Virus record (IMG/VR): IMGVR_UViG_2529292906_000021
Length of the DNA: 33,633 nucleotides
Direction: 5' to 3' (one strand)
DNA from: a virus
Taxonomy: Duplodnaviria > Heunggongvirae > Uroviricota > Caudoviricetes
A model generated the notes under the pieces. The model did not search any database. It was not told where the DNA came from and was given only the letters and a program-made list of their open reading frames with translations. The translations under genes were made by a program, and so were the position numbers. Shown one piece after another: positions 24,190 to 33,633 of this stretch. Numbering within the stretch: the stretch's first letter is position 1; each line of letters opens with the position of its first letter.

Positions 24190-24812
24190 GTTTTGTTGAT
24201 GCGCCGTATCGTCGCTGTATTCCCTCATTAACAGAGACCGCAGCCCGACAGGGAGACTCCTCTGCGCGAGTGTGCGGGGATAATCAAAAACGATACACAC
24301 CGGGGTTTACCGCGTTAACGGAGCGCGGCGTTGTCCCCTCATAGTCGCCTGTCCGGTGCGATGGTGGAAGAAACCGGATGTTTATCACTATTAATTGATG
24401 ACACAGAAATGGATTCATTGAATTTCAGCACGTTTTTGTATTCGTGTTATTGAACATCTGTTTATTTTACTTTTAACATATTGATAATAAAAAGAGCTGT
24501 AAATCTTTAGATGAGTCGATTTTGTCCGGGGAAGTTCAAATGGATTTTATGCTGACGGTTTCTGGTGTGGTTATCCTGTCCATTGCTTATACTGCAGATA
24601 AATATGGCTGCCATTTGTTATCACGTATTGGCGCTTATTGTTCGTTGATGCTGATTTTCTCGTCGCTTTTTTTTGAGTAAGTTATATTAATTATAACAAA
24701 TAATTTTCTGTGTTATTTTTTCAGGCTATCCCGTCAGAGGGGAAGCCTGTACTGCCGGGGAGCGAATGGAAAACTGATGTGTCCGGTAACTGCGTGTTCT
24801 GTGAACACCATG

Positions 24813-24998
24813 TTACTTAATTATGTAATTCATACCCGAACTCTCTGTTGACAGCCTTCTTCTGCAGGCTTCAATAACCCACGCTGAAAAGTTTCCTGAA
24901 CCTTTCAGATCAAGAGCGATGTTAATTTGTTCAATCATCTGGTTTGGAAATCGGATGTTGCGGGTTGTTGTTCTGCGGGTTCTGTTCTTTGATGACAT
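24813..24998 (-). CDS. Putative ribbon-helix-helix (Arc/Mnt-like) DNA-binding protein
   Basis: 61-aa ORF in the AT-rich stretch between Rz and cos; segment …RNIRFPNQMIEQINIALDLKGSGNFSAWVIEACRRRL… fits the beta-strand/helix/helix pattern; weak RBS. Confidence 0.4.
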   Translation of the reverse strand: MSSKNRTRRTTTRNIRFPNQMIEQINIALDLKGSGNFSAWVIEACRRRLSTESSGMNYIIK

Positions 24999-25205
24999 AA
25001 TGTTTCCCCATATTCAGTGTTGCTGATTTGTATTATCTGAAGTTGCTTTTACGTTAATTTGATGCAGATCAATTAATACGATACCTGCGTCATAATTGAT
25101 TATTTCTCGTGGTTTGATGGCGTACACACATGTTGTGATAAACCTTATATAGATGATAATCATTATCATTTTCGTGGGTCCTTTCCGGCGATCCGACCGG
25201 TTACG

Positions 25206-25217
25206 GGGCGGCGACCT
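25206..25217 (+). other. cosN cohesive-end site (lambda-type 12-nt overhang GGGCGGCGACCT) with adjacent cosB
   Basis: …GTTACGGGGCGGCGACCTCGCGGTTTTTCACTATTTATGAAAATTTT… is nearly identical to the lambda cos region as I recall it; it lies 187 bp upstream of the Nu1-like start, as in lambda. Confidence 0.75.
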
Positions 25218-25392
25218 CGCGGTTTTTCACTATTTATGAAAATTTTTCAGGGAAAATCGTGTCGGTACTTCTCGAATATAACTTTTTGTTTTTTTAATAT
25301 TGCATCCGTAAAGGTCCGACATGAAAGTGTCCGAAAATGCCTTTTTCTGGCGTTTTCACGTCGGGCCTTGTATTTGATAATGGGTTGTTTTC

Positions 25393-25941
25393 ATGAAGGT
25401 TAATAAAAAGAGGCTTGCCGAAATTTTCAACGTGGACCCGCGGACGATTGAACGCTGGCAGTCTCAGGGACTCCCTTGCGCCTCCAAAGGTAGTAAGGGC
25501 ATTGAATCTGTATTTGATACTGCCATGGCAATTCAGTGGTATGCGCAGAGGGAAACTGATATCGAAAACGAAAAGCTCCGCAAAGAACTGGACGATTTGC
25601 GTGCGGCAGCGGAGTCAGATTTACAACCCGGCACCATTGACTATGAACGCTACCGGCTCACAAAAGCGCAGGCAGATGCGCAGGAACTGAAAAATGCCCG
25701 TGAAGACGGAGTAGTGCTGGAAACTGAACTGTTTACCTTCATTCTGCAACGTGTGGCACAGGAGATTTCGGGGATACTTGTGCGTGTGCCGTTGACATTA
25801 CAGCGTAAATATCCGGACATTTCACCATCACACCTTGATGTGGTGAAAACTGAAATCGCGAAAGCCTCCAATGTTTCAGCTAAGGCCGGTGAAAACGTGG
25901 GCGGGTGGATCGATGATTTCAGACGCGCAGAAGGCAGCTAA
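25393..25941 (+). CDS. nu1: Terminase small subunit (lambda Nu1-like)
   Basis: 182 aa; N-terminal [12 protein letters not shown]…[12 protein letters not shown]… and …[49 protein letters not shown]… are near-collinear with lambda Nu1. Confidence 0.9.
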   Translation: MKVNKKRLAEIFNVDPRTIERWQSQGLPCASKGSKGIESVFDTAMAIQWYAQRETDIENEKLRKELDDLRAAAESDLQPGTIDYERYRLTKAQADAQELKNAREDGVVLETELFTFILQRVAQEISGILVRVPLTLQRKYPDISPSHLDVVKTEIAKASNVSAKAGENVGGWIDDFRRAEGS

Positions 25942-27841
25942 TGCAGCCGGTGCGATAGCTACAGGGCTTTTATCTCTCATTATTCCTGTTCCACTGACGA
26001 CAGTTCAGTGGGCCAATAAACATTATTACCTTCCTAAAGAGTCGTCTTATACCCCGGGGCGGTGGGAAACACTGCCGTTTCAGGTTGGCATCATGAACTG
26101 TATGGGCAACGATCTGATTCGCACGGTTAACCTGATTAAATCTGCCCGTGTTGGTTATACAAAGATGTTGCTGGGAGTGGAGGCTTATTTTATTGAGCAT
26201 AAATCACGCAACAGCCTTCTTTTTCAGCCCACGGACTCAGCTGCTGAAGATTTTATGAAATCTCATGTTGAGCCAACGATAAGGGATGTTCCTGCATTGC
26301 TGGAGCTGGCTCCATGGTTCGGAAGAAAACACCGCGATAATACGCTCACCCTGAAGCGTTTTTCCTCCGGTGTGGGGTTCTGGTGTCTGGGTGGTGCGGC
26401 AGCAAAAAACTACCGTGAAAAATCCGTGGATGTGGTCTGTTATGACGAGCTTTCCTCGTTCGAACCGGATGTTGAAAAAGAGGGTTCGCCAACCCTGCTG
26501 GGGGATAAACGTATTGAGGGCTCTGTATGGCCAAAATCCATTCGCGGCTCGACGCCTAAAATCAAAGGCTCCTGCCAGATCGAAAAAGCCGCTAACGAGT
26601 CGGCACACTTCATGCGTTTTTATGTGCCCTGTCCGCACTGTGGGGAGGAGCAGTATCTGAAATTTGGCGATGATGCCTCGCCTTTCGGTCTTAAGTGGGA
26701 GAAGAATAAGCCAGAAAGTGTTTTCTACCTTTGTGAGCATCATGGCTGTGTGATCCATCAGTCTGAGCTTGACCAGAGTAACGGGCGGTGGATCTGTGAA
26801 AACACGGGCATGTGGACCCGTGACGGCCTGATGTTTTTCAGCGCCCGGGGTGATGAAATTCCGCCGCCGCGCTCCATCACTTTCCATATCTGGACGGCGT
26901 ACAGTCCGTTCACCACCTGGGTACAGATTGTCTATGACTGGCTGGATGCACTGAAAGATCCCAACGGCCTGAAAACCTTTGTGAACACCACGCTGGGCGA
27001 GACCTGGGAAGAGGCTGTGGGCGAAAAACTCGATCACCAGGTACTGATGGATAAGGTTGTGCGTTACACGGCGGCGGTGCCTGCCCGGGTGGTTTATCTG
27101 ACGGCGGGCATTGACTCGCAGCGAAACCGTTTTGAGATGTATGTCTGGGGATGGGCTCCGGGAGAGGAAGCCTTTCTGGTGGATAAAATCATCATTATGG
27201 GGCGTCCCGATGAGGAAGAGACGCTGTTACGTGTGGATGCGGCGATCAACAAAAAATACCGCCATGCAGACGGAACCGAAATGACTATTTCCCGTGTCTG
27301 CTGGGACATCGGGGGGATCGATGGCGAAATCGTTTATCAGAGGTCAAAAAAACACGGTGTTTTCCGGGTGCTGCCGGTAAAAGGCGCATCTGTCTATGGC
27401 AAGCCGGTGATCACCATGCCAAAAACCCGCAATCAGCGGGGCGTGTATCTGTGTGAAGTGGGGACGGACACCGCAAAAGAAATTCTCTATGCCCGTATGA
27501 AAGCCGATCCCACGCCTGTGGATGAAGCCACGTCGTATGCCATCCGTTTTCCTGATGATCCGGAGATTTTTTCGCAGACAGAGGCGCAGCAACTGGTCGC
27601 GGAAGAGCTTGTGGAGAAGTGGGAAAAAGGAAAGATGCGTCTGCTGTGGGATAACAAAAAGCGGCGTAACGAAGCGCTGGACTGCCTGGTGTATGCCTAC
27701 GCGGCATTACGTGTGTCCGTGCAACGCTGGCAGCTTGATCTGGCTGTACTGGCAAAATCCCGGGAAGAAGAGACGACCCGGCCAACCCTTAAAGAACTGG
27801 CAGCGAAGCTGTCCGGAGGAGTGAATGGTTACAGTCGCTGA
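25913..27841 (+). CDS. A: Terminase large subunit (lambda gpA-like)
   Basis: In-frame ATG at 25913 overlapping the Nu1 end as in lambda (the ORF can extend to 25871); …[25 protein letters not shown]…KSIRGSTPK…[12 protein letters not shown]… are lambda-A-like blocks. Confidence 0.9.
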   Translation: MISDAQKAANAAGAIATGLLSLIIPVPLTTVQWANKHYYLPKESSYTPGRWETLPFQVGIMNCMGNDLIRTVNLIKSARVGYTKMLLGVEAYFIEHKSRNSLLFQPTDSAAEDFMKSHVEPTIRDVPALLELAPWFGRKHRDNTLTLKRFSSGVGFWCLGGAAAKNYREKSVDVVCYDELSSFEPDVEKEGSPTLLGDKRIEGSVWPKSIRGSTPKIKGSCQIEKAANESAHFMRFYVPCPHCGEEQYLKFGDDASPFGLKWEKNKPESVFYLCEHHGCVIHQSELDQSNGRWICENTGMWTRDGLMFFSARGDEIPPPRSITFHIWTAYSPFTTWVQIVYDWLDALKDPNGLKTFVNTTLGETWEEAVGEKLDHQVLMDKVVRYTAAVPARVVYLTAGIDSQRNRFEMYVWGWAPGEEAFLVDKIIIMGRPDEEETLLRVDAAINKKYRHADGTEMTISRVCWDIGGIDGEIVYQRSKKHGVFRVLPVKGASVYGKPVITMPKTRNQRGVYLCEVGTDTAKEILYARMKADPTPVDEATSYAIRFPDDPEIFSQTEAQQLVAEELVEKWEKGKMRLLWDNKKRRNEALDCLVYAYAALRVSVQRWQLDLAVLAKSREEETTRPTLKELAAKLSGGVNGYSR

Positions 27842-28031
27842 ACTGCAGGCGCTGCGTCAGGCGCGCCTTGATTTATTAACCGGTAAACGGGTGGTGTCTG
27901 TCCAGAAAGATGGTCGCAGAATTGAATATACGGCGGCTTCTCTGGATGAGCTTAACCGGGCGATCAATGATGCGGAGTCGGTACTGGGGACAACCCGGCG
28001 TCGCCGTCGTCCGCTGGGAGTGAGGTTTTGA
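27825..28031 (+). CDS. W: Head-tail joining / head completion protein W
   Basis: 68 aa; …LLTGKRVVSVQKDGRRIEYTAASL… resembles lambda gpW; overlaps the terminase end. Confidence 0.85.
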   Translation: MVTVAELQALRQARLDLLTGKRVVSVQKDGRRIEYTAASLDELNRAINDAESVLGTTRRRRRPLGVRF

Positions 28032-29620
28032 AACGAACGCCTGTCCTGATTGATGTGAACGGCGTTCCGCTTCGTGATAGTCTCAGCTACAACGGGGGCG
28101 GTGCAGGATTTGGCGGGCAAATGGCTGAGTGGTTGCCACCGGCGCAGAGTGCCGATGCGGCCCTGCTGCCCGCGTTGCGTCTGGGGAATGCCCGGGCAGA
28201 TGATCTGGTGCGCAATAACGGAATAGCGGCTAATGCGGTGGCTCTGCATAAGGATCACATTGTCGGGCATATGTTTCTGATCAGCTACCGTCCGAACTGG
28301 CGCTGGCTGGGGATGCGGGAGACCGCAGCAAAAAGCTTTGTCGATGAGGTGGAGGCGGCCTGGTCGGAATACGCCGAAGGGATGTTTGGCGAGATCGACG
28401 TGGAAGGAAAACGCACCTTCACGGAATTTATCCGTGAAGGTGTGGGCGTTCATGCGTTTAACGGCGAAATCTTTGTGCAGCCGGTCTGGGATACGGAAAC
28501 CACGCAGTTATTCCGTACGCGTTTTAAAGCCGTGAGTCCGAAACGGGTGGACACGCCTGGACACGGTATGGGGAACCGTTTTCTGCGGGCCGGTGTGGAG
28601 GTCGATCGATATGGCCGTGCCGTCGCGTACCATATCTGTGAGGATGATTTTCCGTTCTCTGGTAGTGGACGATGGGAACGGATCCCGCGTGAACTTCCCA
28701 CCGGGCGTCCGGCCATGCTGCATATTTTCGAGCCGGTGGAGGACGGGCAGACCCGTGGGGCTAATCAGTTTTACAGCGTCATGGAACGGCTGAAGATGCT
28801 CGATTCCCTGCAGGCAACACAGCTTCAGTCGGCCATAGTGAAGGCGATGTATGCAGCGACGATTGAAAGTGAACTTGATACCGAAAAGGCCTTTGAATAT
28901 ATCGCCGGCGCGCCACAGGAGCAGAAGAATAATCCGCTTATTAATATTCTGGAGAAGTTCTCCAGCTGGTATGACACGAATAACGTGACACTGGGCGGTG
29001 TCAAAATTCCGCACCTTTTCCCTGGTGATGATCTGAAACTACAGACTGCGCAGGATTCAGACAATGGATTTTCTGCGCTTGAACAGGCGCTGCTGCGGTA
29101 TATCGCCGCCGGTCTTGGCGTTTCCTACGAACAGTTGTCCCGTGATTACTCGAAGGTCAGTTACTCAAGTGCCCGCGCCTCCGCCAATGAGTCGTGGCGC
29201 TATTTTATGGGGCGGCGAAAATTTATTGCGGCCCGGCTGGCCACGCAGATGTTTTCCTGCTGGCTGGAAGAGGCACTTCTTCGGGGGATTATTCGTCCGC
29301 CACGGGCACGTTTTGATTTTTATCAGGCGCGATCAGCCTGGTCACGGGCAGAGTGGATTGGTGCCGGAAGAATGGCCATTGACGGGCTCAAGGAAGTCCA
29401 GGAATCAGTGATGCGCATTGAGGCCGGACTGAGCACGTATGAGAAAGAGCTGGCGCTGATGGGCGAGGATTATCAGGACATTTTCCGCCAGCAGGTCAGG
29501 GAATCTGCTGAGCGGCAAAAAGCCGGACTCTCACGTCCGGTGTGGATAGCGCAGGCGTATCAGCAGCAGATAGCGGAGAGTCGCAGGCCGGAAGAGGAGA
29601 CAACACCACGTGAGACGTAA
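28028..29620 (+). CDS. B: Portal protein (lambda gpB-like)
   Basis: 530 aa, apparent TTG start; long collinear blocks with lambda B (…GNARADDLVRNNG…, …FEPVEDGQTRGANQFYSVME…, …AIVKAMYAATIESELDT…, …LLRYIAAGLGVSYEQLSR…). Confidence 0.9.
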   Translation: MKRTPVLIDVNGVPLRDSLSYNGGGAGFGGQMAEWLPPAQSADAALLPALRLGNARADDLVRNNGIAANAVALHKDHIVGHMFLISYRPNWRWLGMRETAAKSFVDEVEAAWSEYAEGMFGEIDVEGKRTFTEFIREGVGVHAFNGEIFVQPVWDTETTQLFRTRFKAVSPKRVDTPGHGMGNRFLRAGVEVDRYGRAVAYHICEDDFPFSGSGRWERIPRELPTGRPAMLHIFEPVEDGQTRGANQFYSVMERLKMLDSLQATQLQSAIVKAMYAATIESELDTEKAFEYIAGAPQEQKNNPLINILEKFSSWYDTNNVTLGGVKIPHLFPGDDLKLQTAQDSDNGFSALEQALLRYIAAGLGVSYEQLSRDYSKVSYSSARASANESWRYFMGRRKFIAARLATQMFSCWLEEALLRGIIRPPRARFDFYQARSAWSRAEWIGAGRMAIDGLKEVQESVMRIEAGLSTYEKELALMGEDYQDIFRQQVRESAERQKAGLSRPVWIAQAYQQQIAESRRPEEETTPRET

Positions 29621-31115
29621 TCTTTCACACATTATTGCCGCAGCATTCAATGAACCGCTGCTTCTGGAGCCCGCCTATGCGCGGGTTTTCTTTTGCGCGC
29701 TCGGGCGCGAGATGGGGGCAGCAAGTCTTTCGGTACCACAACAGCAGGTACAGCTTGATGCTCCCGGAATGCTGGCTGAAACGGACGAGTATATGGCCGG
29801 AGGTAAACGACCGGCCCGTGTTTACCGGGTGGTGAACGGTATTGCTGTACTGCCGGTGACCGGCACGCTGGTGCACCGGCTGGGTGGTATGCGGCCATTT
29901 TCCGGAATGACAGGCTATGACGGCATTGTCGCCTGTCTTCAGCAGGCAATGGCGGATAGCCAGGTGCGGGGCGTACTGCTGGACATTGACAGTCCGGGCG
30001 GGCAGGCCGCCGGCGCGTTTGACTGCGCTGACATGATTTACCGCCTCCGTCAGCAGAAGCCGGTCTGGGCACTGTGCAATGACACGGCCTGTTCTGCAGC
30101 CATGCTGCTGGCGTCTGCCTGCTCCCGACGGCTGGTTACCCAGACATCCCGTATCGGCTCCATTGGCGTGATGATGAGCCATGTCAGCTATGCCGGTCAT
30201 CTGGCGCAGGCCGGTGTGGATATCACGCTGATTTACTCAGGGGCGCACAAGGTGGATGGCAATCAGTTTGAAGCGTTGCCGGCAGAGGTTCGCCAGGACA
30301 TGCAGCAGCGGATTGATGCGGCGCGCCGGATGTTTGCCGAAAAAGTGGCGATGTTTACCGGTCTGTCTGTTGATGCAGTCACGGGAACAGAGGCCGCCGT
30401 TTTTGAAGGTCAGTCCGGCATTGAGGCCGGGCTGGCGGATGAATTAATCAATGCGTCGGATGCCATCAGTGTGATGGCCACGGCGCTGAACAGTAATGTC
30501 AGAGGAGGCACTATGCCGCAATTAACTGCAACGGAAGCCGCCGTGCAGGAGAACCAGCGAGTGATGGGGATCCTGACATGCCAGGAAGCGAAAGGACGTG
30601 AACAGCTTGCCACGATGCTGGCAGGGCAACAGGGCATGAGCGTTGAACAGGCCCGGGCGATTCTGGCCGCGGCGGCACCGCAGCAGCCGGTGGCATCCGC
30701 GCAGAGTGAAGCCGATCGCATTATGGCGTGTGAAGAAGCGAACGGTCGTGAACAACTGGCGGCAACGCTGGCGGCGATGCCGGAGATGACGGTGGAACAA
30801 GCCCGCCCGATCCTGGCGGCTGCACCACTGGCGGATGCCGGGCCCTCACTTCGTGATCAGATCATGGCCCTGGATGAGGCAAAAGGGGCAGAAGCGCAGG
30901 CTGAAAAACTGGCGGCCTGCCCGGGAATGACCGTGGAGAACGCCCGGGCTGTGCTGGCTGCGGGATCAGGTAAGGCCGAACCGGTCTCTGCATCCACAAC
31001 CGCCCTGTTTGAACATTTCATGGCGAATCATTCACCGGCAGCGGTGCGGGGTGGCGTGTCACAGACGTCAGCAGACGGTGATGCGGACGTGAAAATGCTC
31101 ATGGCCATGCCATGA
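29610..31115 (+). CDS. C: Head maturation protease / scaffold (lambda C with nested Nu3-like C-terminal part; S49/ClpP-like)
   Basis: 501 aa from GTG; N-terminal …AFNEPLLLEPAYARVFFCAL…; protease core …NGIAVLPVTGTLV…GVLLDIDSPGG…; Ala-rich C-terminal half with internal repeats consistent with a nested scaffold. Confidence 0.85.
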   Translation: MRRNLSHIIAAAFNEPLLLEPAYARVFFCALGREMGAASLSVPQQQVQLDAPGMLAETDEYMAGGKRPARVYRVVNGIAVLPVTGTLVHRLGGMRPFSGMTGYDGIVACLQQAMADSQVRGVLLDIDSPGGQAAGAFDCADMIYRLRQQKPVWALCNDTACSAAMLLASACSRRLVTQTSRIGSIGVMMSHVSYAGHLAQAGVDITLIYSGAHKVDGNQFEALPAEVRQDMQQRIDAARRMFAEKVAMFTGLSVDAVTGTEAAVFEGQSGIEAGLADELINASDAISVMATALNSNVRGGTMPQLTATEAAVQENQRVMGILTCQEAKGREQLATMLAGQQGMSVEQARAILAAAAPQQPVASAQSEADRIMACEEANGREQLAATLAAMPEMTVEQARPILAAAPLADAGPSLRDQIMALDEAKGAEAQAEKLAACPGMTVENARAVLAAGSGKAEPVSASTTALFEHFMANHSPAAVRGGVSQTSADGDADVKMLMAMP

Positions 31116-31151
31116 AGTCAGTGCTGACCATCAATATGAGGTTTTAACAAA

Positions 31152-31499
31152 ATGGTGACGAAAACCATCACTGAACAGCGTGCGGAAGTACGTATTTTTG
31201 CCGGTAATGATCCGGCTCATACCGCCACAGGCAGCAGCGGGATTTCTTCTGCAACACCGGCTCTGACGCCCCTGATGCTGGATGAAGCCACCGGGAAACT
31301 GGTGGTCTGGGATGGACAGAAAGCCGGTAGTGCGGTTGGCATACTGGTACTGCCGCTTGAAGGCACAGAGACGGTGCTGACCTATTACAAGTCGGGGACC
31401 TTTGCGACGGAGGCAATCCGCTGGCCTGACAGTGTGGATGAACACAAAAAGGCAAATGCCTTTGCCGGCACAGCCCTGAGTCACGCGGCTCTGCCGTAA
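31152..31499 (+). CDS. D: Head decoration protein (lambda gpD-like)
   Basis: 115 aa; …DPAHTAT…TPLMLD…LVVWDG…AVGIL…TYYKSGTF…FAGTA… are collinear with lambda D; GAGG RBS. Confidence 0.85.
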   Translation: MVTKTITEQRAEVRIFAGNDPAHTATGSSGISSATPALTPLMLDEATGKLVVWDGQKAGSAVGILVLPLEGTETVLTYYKSGTFATEAIRWPDSVDEHKKANAFAGTALSHAALP

Positions 31500-31556
31500 C
31501 ACGTTATCAGGCCACCATGGTGGCCTGACTGATTTCTGAATGAAAGGAACTGATTT

Positions 31557-32585
31557 ATGGGATTGTTTACGACCCGCCAGTTACTCGGTTATACCGAACA
31601 AAAAGTTAAATTCCGTGCGCTATTTCTGGAGCTGTTTTTCCGCCGTACGGTGAATTTCCACACCGAAGAGGTGATGCTGGACAAAATTACCGGAAAAACG
31701 CCGGTGGCGGCCTATGTCTCCCCGATCGTTGAAGGAAAAGTGCTGCGCCATCGTGGTGGTGAAACCCGCGTGTTGCGTCCGGGCTACGTCAAGCCGAAAC
31801 ACGAATTTAATTACCAGCAGGCGGTTGAGCGCCTTCCCGGTGAAGATCCGGCTCAGCTGAACGACCCGGCCTACCGTCGTCTGCGTATCATTACCGATAA
31901 CCTCAAACAGGAAGAGCACGCTATTGTCCAGGTGGAAGAAATGCAGGCGGTGAATGCCGTGCTGTATGGCAAATACACCATGGAAGGGGAACAGTTTGAC
32001 ACGGTCGAGGTGGATTTCGGACGCTCTGAAGGAAATAACATTGAGCAGGCCGACGGTAAAAAATGGTCTGAGCAGGACCGTGATACGTTTGATCCGACGC
32101 ATGATATTGACCTTTACTGCGATCAGGCCAGCGGTCTTGTGAATATTGCCATTATGGACGGTACGGTCTGGCGTCTGCTGAATGGCTTTAAGCTGTTCCG
32201 CGAAAAACTGGATACCCGTCGCGGCTCAAATTCACAACTCGAAACGGCAGTGAAAGACCTGGGGGCGGTGGTGTCTTTCAAAGGGTATTACGGTGATCTG
32301 GCCATTGTGGTGGCGAAAACGTCTTATGTGGCAGACGACGGTACCGAAAAACGTTATCTGCCGGAGGGCACACTGGTCCTGGGGAATACGGCAGCAGAGG
32401 GCATTCGTTGCTATGGTGCCATTCAGGATGCGCAGGCGTTGTCCGAAGGTGTGGTGGCCTCTTCCCGTTATCCGAAACACTGGCTGACTGTGGGCGATCC
32501 GGCCCGTGAATTCACCATGACGCAGTCCGCACCGCTGATGGTGCTGCCGGATCCGGATGAGTTTGTGGTGGTGCAGGTGAAATAA
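31557..32585 (+). CDS. E: Major capsid protein (lambda gpE-like)
   Basis: 342 aa; …YVSPIV…PGYVKPKHE…RRLRII…VEEMQAVNAVLYGKYTMEGE…LDTRRGSNS…LETAVKDLG…GDPAREFTM…QSAPLM… match lambda E; AAGGA RBS. Confidence 0.9.
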   Translation: MGLFTTRQLLGYTEQKVKFRALFLELFFRRTVNFHTEEVMLDKITGKTPVAAYVSPIVEGKVLRHRGGETRVLRPGYVKPKHEFNYQQAVERLPGEDPAQLNDPAYRRLRIITDNLKQEEHAIVQVEEMQAVNAVLYGKYTMEGEQFDTVEVDFGRSEGNNIEQADGKKWSEQDRDTFDPTHDIDLYCDQASGLVNIAIMDGTVWRLLNGFKLFREKLDTRRGSNSQLETAVKDLGAVVSFKGYYGDLAIVVAKTSYVADDGTEKRYLPEGTLVLGNTAAEGIRCYGAIQDAQALSEGVVASSRYPKHWLTVGDPAREFTMTQSAPLMVLPDPDEFVVVQVK

Positions 32586-32593
32586 TCCGTGAG

Positions 32594-32622
32594 CGGGGGC
32601 GAAATGCCCCCGTGTCTTTTTT
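32594..32622 (+). terminator. Hairpin plus T-run immediately after the major capsid gene (partial terminator/attenuator)
   Basis: CGGGGG-CGAAATG-CCCCCG stem-loop followed by TGTCTTTTTT. Confidence 0.45.
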
Positions 32623-32636
32623 CACAGGAGGCTGAG

Positions 32637-33020
32637 ATGGCAACAAAAGAAGAAAATCTGAATCGTCTTCGTCAACTGGCTGGCCTGCTGGGGCGCGAGG
32701 CGGATATGTCGGGGAGTGCTGCGGATATTGCTCAACGTGTGTCTGAGTGGGAAGAGGAGCTTGCTGTTTCCCCGGAGGGCATTATGCACTCTGATGAGAG
32801 CGGGGCTGATCAAAATCACACAGACGATGGTGAGCAGTTGAACAACACGGATGCTCCGGATGATGTTAAAGCCGTCCGGGTACGGAAGTGCCTGCAAGTA
32901 ATGGGGTATTGCCCGGAGACAGGTCGTCCCGTTGAGCTGGCGTTACGGGGTATGCGTGTTCTGGTGCCATCATCACTGGCAACGGCCATGATACAGCACG
33001 GAACGGCTGAATATGCGTGA
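32637..33020 (+). CDS. FI: DNA packaging protein FI-like
   Basis: ATG at 32637 preceded by AGGAGG (the six-frame ORF begins at 32589 with no RBS); about 127 aa; N-terminal …LNRLRQLAG… resembles lambda FI; position between E and FII. Confidence 0.7.
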   Translation: MATKEENLNRLRQLAGLLGREADMSGSAADIAQRVSEWEEELAVSPEGIMHSDESGADQNHTDDGEQLNNTDAPDDVKAVRVRKCLQVMGYCPETGRPVELALRGMRVLVPSSLATAMIQHGTAEYA

Positions 33021-33366
33021 TTTTCAGAATGCCTTTGATGCTGCCCTTGCCGGGGTGGACAGTACGATCGTTGAAGTGATGGGGATCCGTGCGCAGTTCA
33101 CCTCCGGAGCACAACGTGGCGGCGAAGTTCAGGGGGTTTTTGACGATCCGGAGTCGCTGGGTTTTGCCGGTGGCGGGGTCCGTATTGAAGGAAGCAGCCC
33201 GTCATTATTTGTGCGGACGGATACGGTGCGTGCCGTGCGGCGTGGTGACACGCTGACCATTAACGGCGAGATGTTCTGGGTGGATCGTGTTTCTCCGGAT
33301 GACGGGGGAAGCTGTTATCTCTGGCTCAACCGTGGGCAACCACCCGCTGTTAACCGGCGACGATAA
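33013..33366 (+). CDS. FII: Head-tail connector protein FII
   Basis: 117 aa; …GVFDDPES…G…GVRIEGSSPSLFVRTD…RRGDTLTI…FWVDRVSPDDGGSCYLWL…PPAVNRRR is near-identical in pattern to lambda FII. Confidence 0.9.
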   Translation: MRDFQNAFDAALAGVDSTIVEVMGIRAQFTSGAQRGGEVQGVFDDPESLGFAGGGVRIEGSSPSLFVRTDTVRAVRRGDTLTINGEMFWVDRVSPDDGGSCYLWLNRGQPPAVNRRR

Positions 33367-33381
33367 ACGCAGGGTGAAATT

Positions 33382-33633
33382 ATGGCGATAAAAGGGCTTG
33401 ATCAGGCGATTGATAATCTGAGCCGGGTTCGTAAAAACGCCATTCCGGCTGCTTCTGCAATGACCATTAACCGCGTGGCCACAACGGCGATTAATCAGTC
33501 TTCGTCACAGGTTGCCCGGGAAACCAGGGTGAGACGGAAACTGGTAAAGGAACGGTCCAGACTGAAACGGGCGACGGTCAGAAATCCGAATGCCAGAATT
33601 ATCGTTAACCGCGGTGATCTCCCTGTCGATTAA
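33382..33633 (+). CDS. Z: Tail completion protein Z (5' portion; gene continues past the window end)
   Basis: MAIKGLDQAIDNLSRV…AASAMTINRVA…QVARET…VRRKLVKERSRLKRATV…RGDLPV resembles the lambda Z N-terminus; the reading frame stays open across the window end (the terminal TAA is out of frame). Confidence 0.8.
   Translation: MAIKGLDQAIDNLSRVRKNAIPAASAMTINRVATTAINQSSSQVARETRVRRKLVKERSRLKRATVRNPNARIIVNRGDLPVD

Noticed and set aside
24681-24812. 25-aa minus-strand ORF directly downstream of the RHH-like gene (possible partner toxin)
   Set aside because: Very short, no RBS, and a non-hydrophobic composition unlike small toxins; insufficient evidence.
26237-27037. 266-aa minus-strand ORF
   Set aside because: Antisense to the well-supported terminase large subunit gene; GC-rich antisense frames commonly stay open by chance.
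29625-30800. Several minus-strand ORFs (191, 141, 103, 92 aa)
   Set aside because: All lie antisense within the head protease/scaffold gene, which has clear lambda C similarity; no RBS support.

Overview
The window is one contiguous lambdoid prophage of an enterobacterial (E. coli-like) host, read from its integrase edge into the head-gene cluster. Order: int/xis (1-1357, minus) | large exonuclease and small leftward genes (1422-5818) | immunity region with XRE-type repressor, Cro-like gene and YdaT-like gene (6024-7208) | replication initiator with internal iterons (7231-8193) plus small genes | an AT-rich accessory island (about 9.2-14.5 kb) | nin-like region with DUF968, rusA and a Q-like antiterminator (14545-17079) | PR-prime/tR-prime, a DNA methyltransferase and three tRNAs (17085-19002) | an stx-like locus with no toxin genes but two paralogous terminator-flanked elements (19018-19790) | nanS-p-like esterase, pinholin, SAR endolysin, Rz/Rz1 (19978-24189) | lambda-type cos (25206-25217) and head genes Nu1, A, W, B, C, D, E, FI, FII, Z (Z truncated at the window end). 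The best candidates for an undescribed system are in the AT-rich island: (1) a three-gene translationally coupled minus-strand operon (9863-12019) whose last protein has a PD-(D/E)xK-like nuclease motif, and (2) a two-gene plus-strand operon (12682-14438) pairing an unknown 204-aa protein with an HTH-XRE/ImmA-IrrE metallopeptidase fusion. They flank a Hok-family type I toxin gene. A convergent gene pair inserted between holin and endolysin is a third candidate. All homology statements come from my recollection of protein families and motifs read in the translations; no database search was run.
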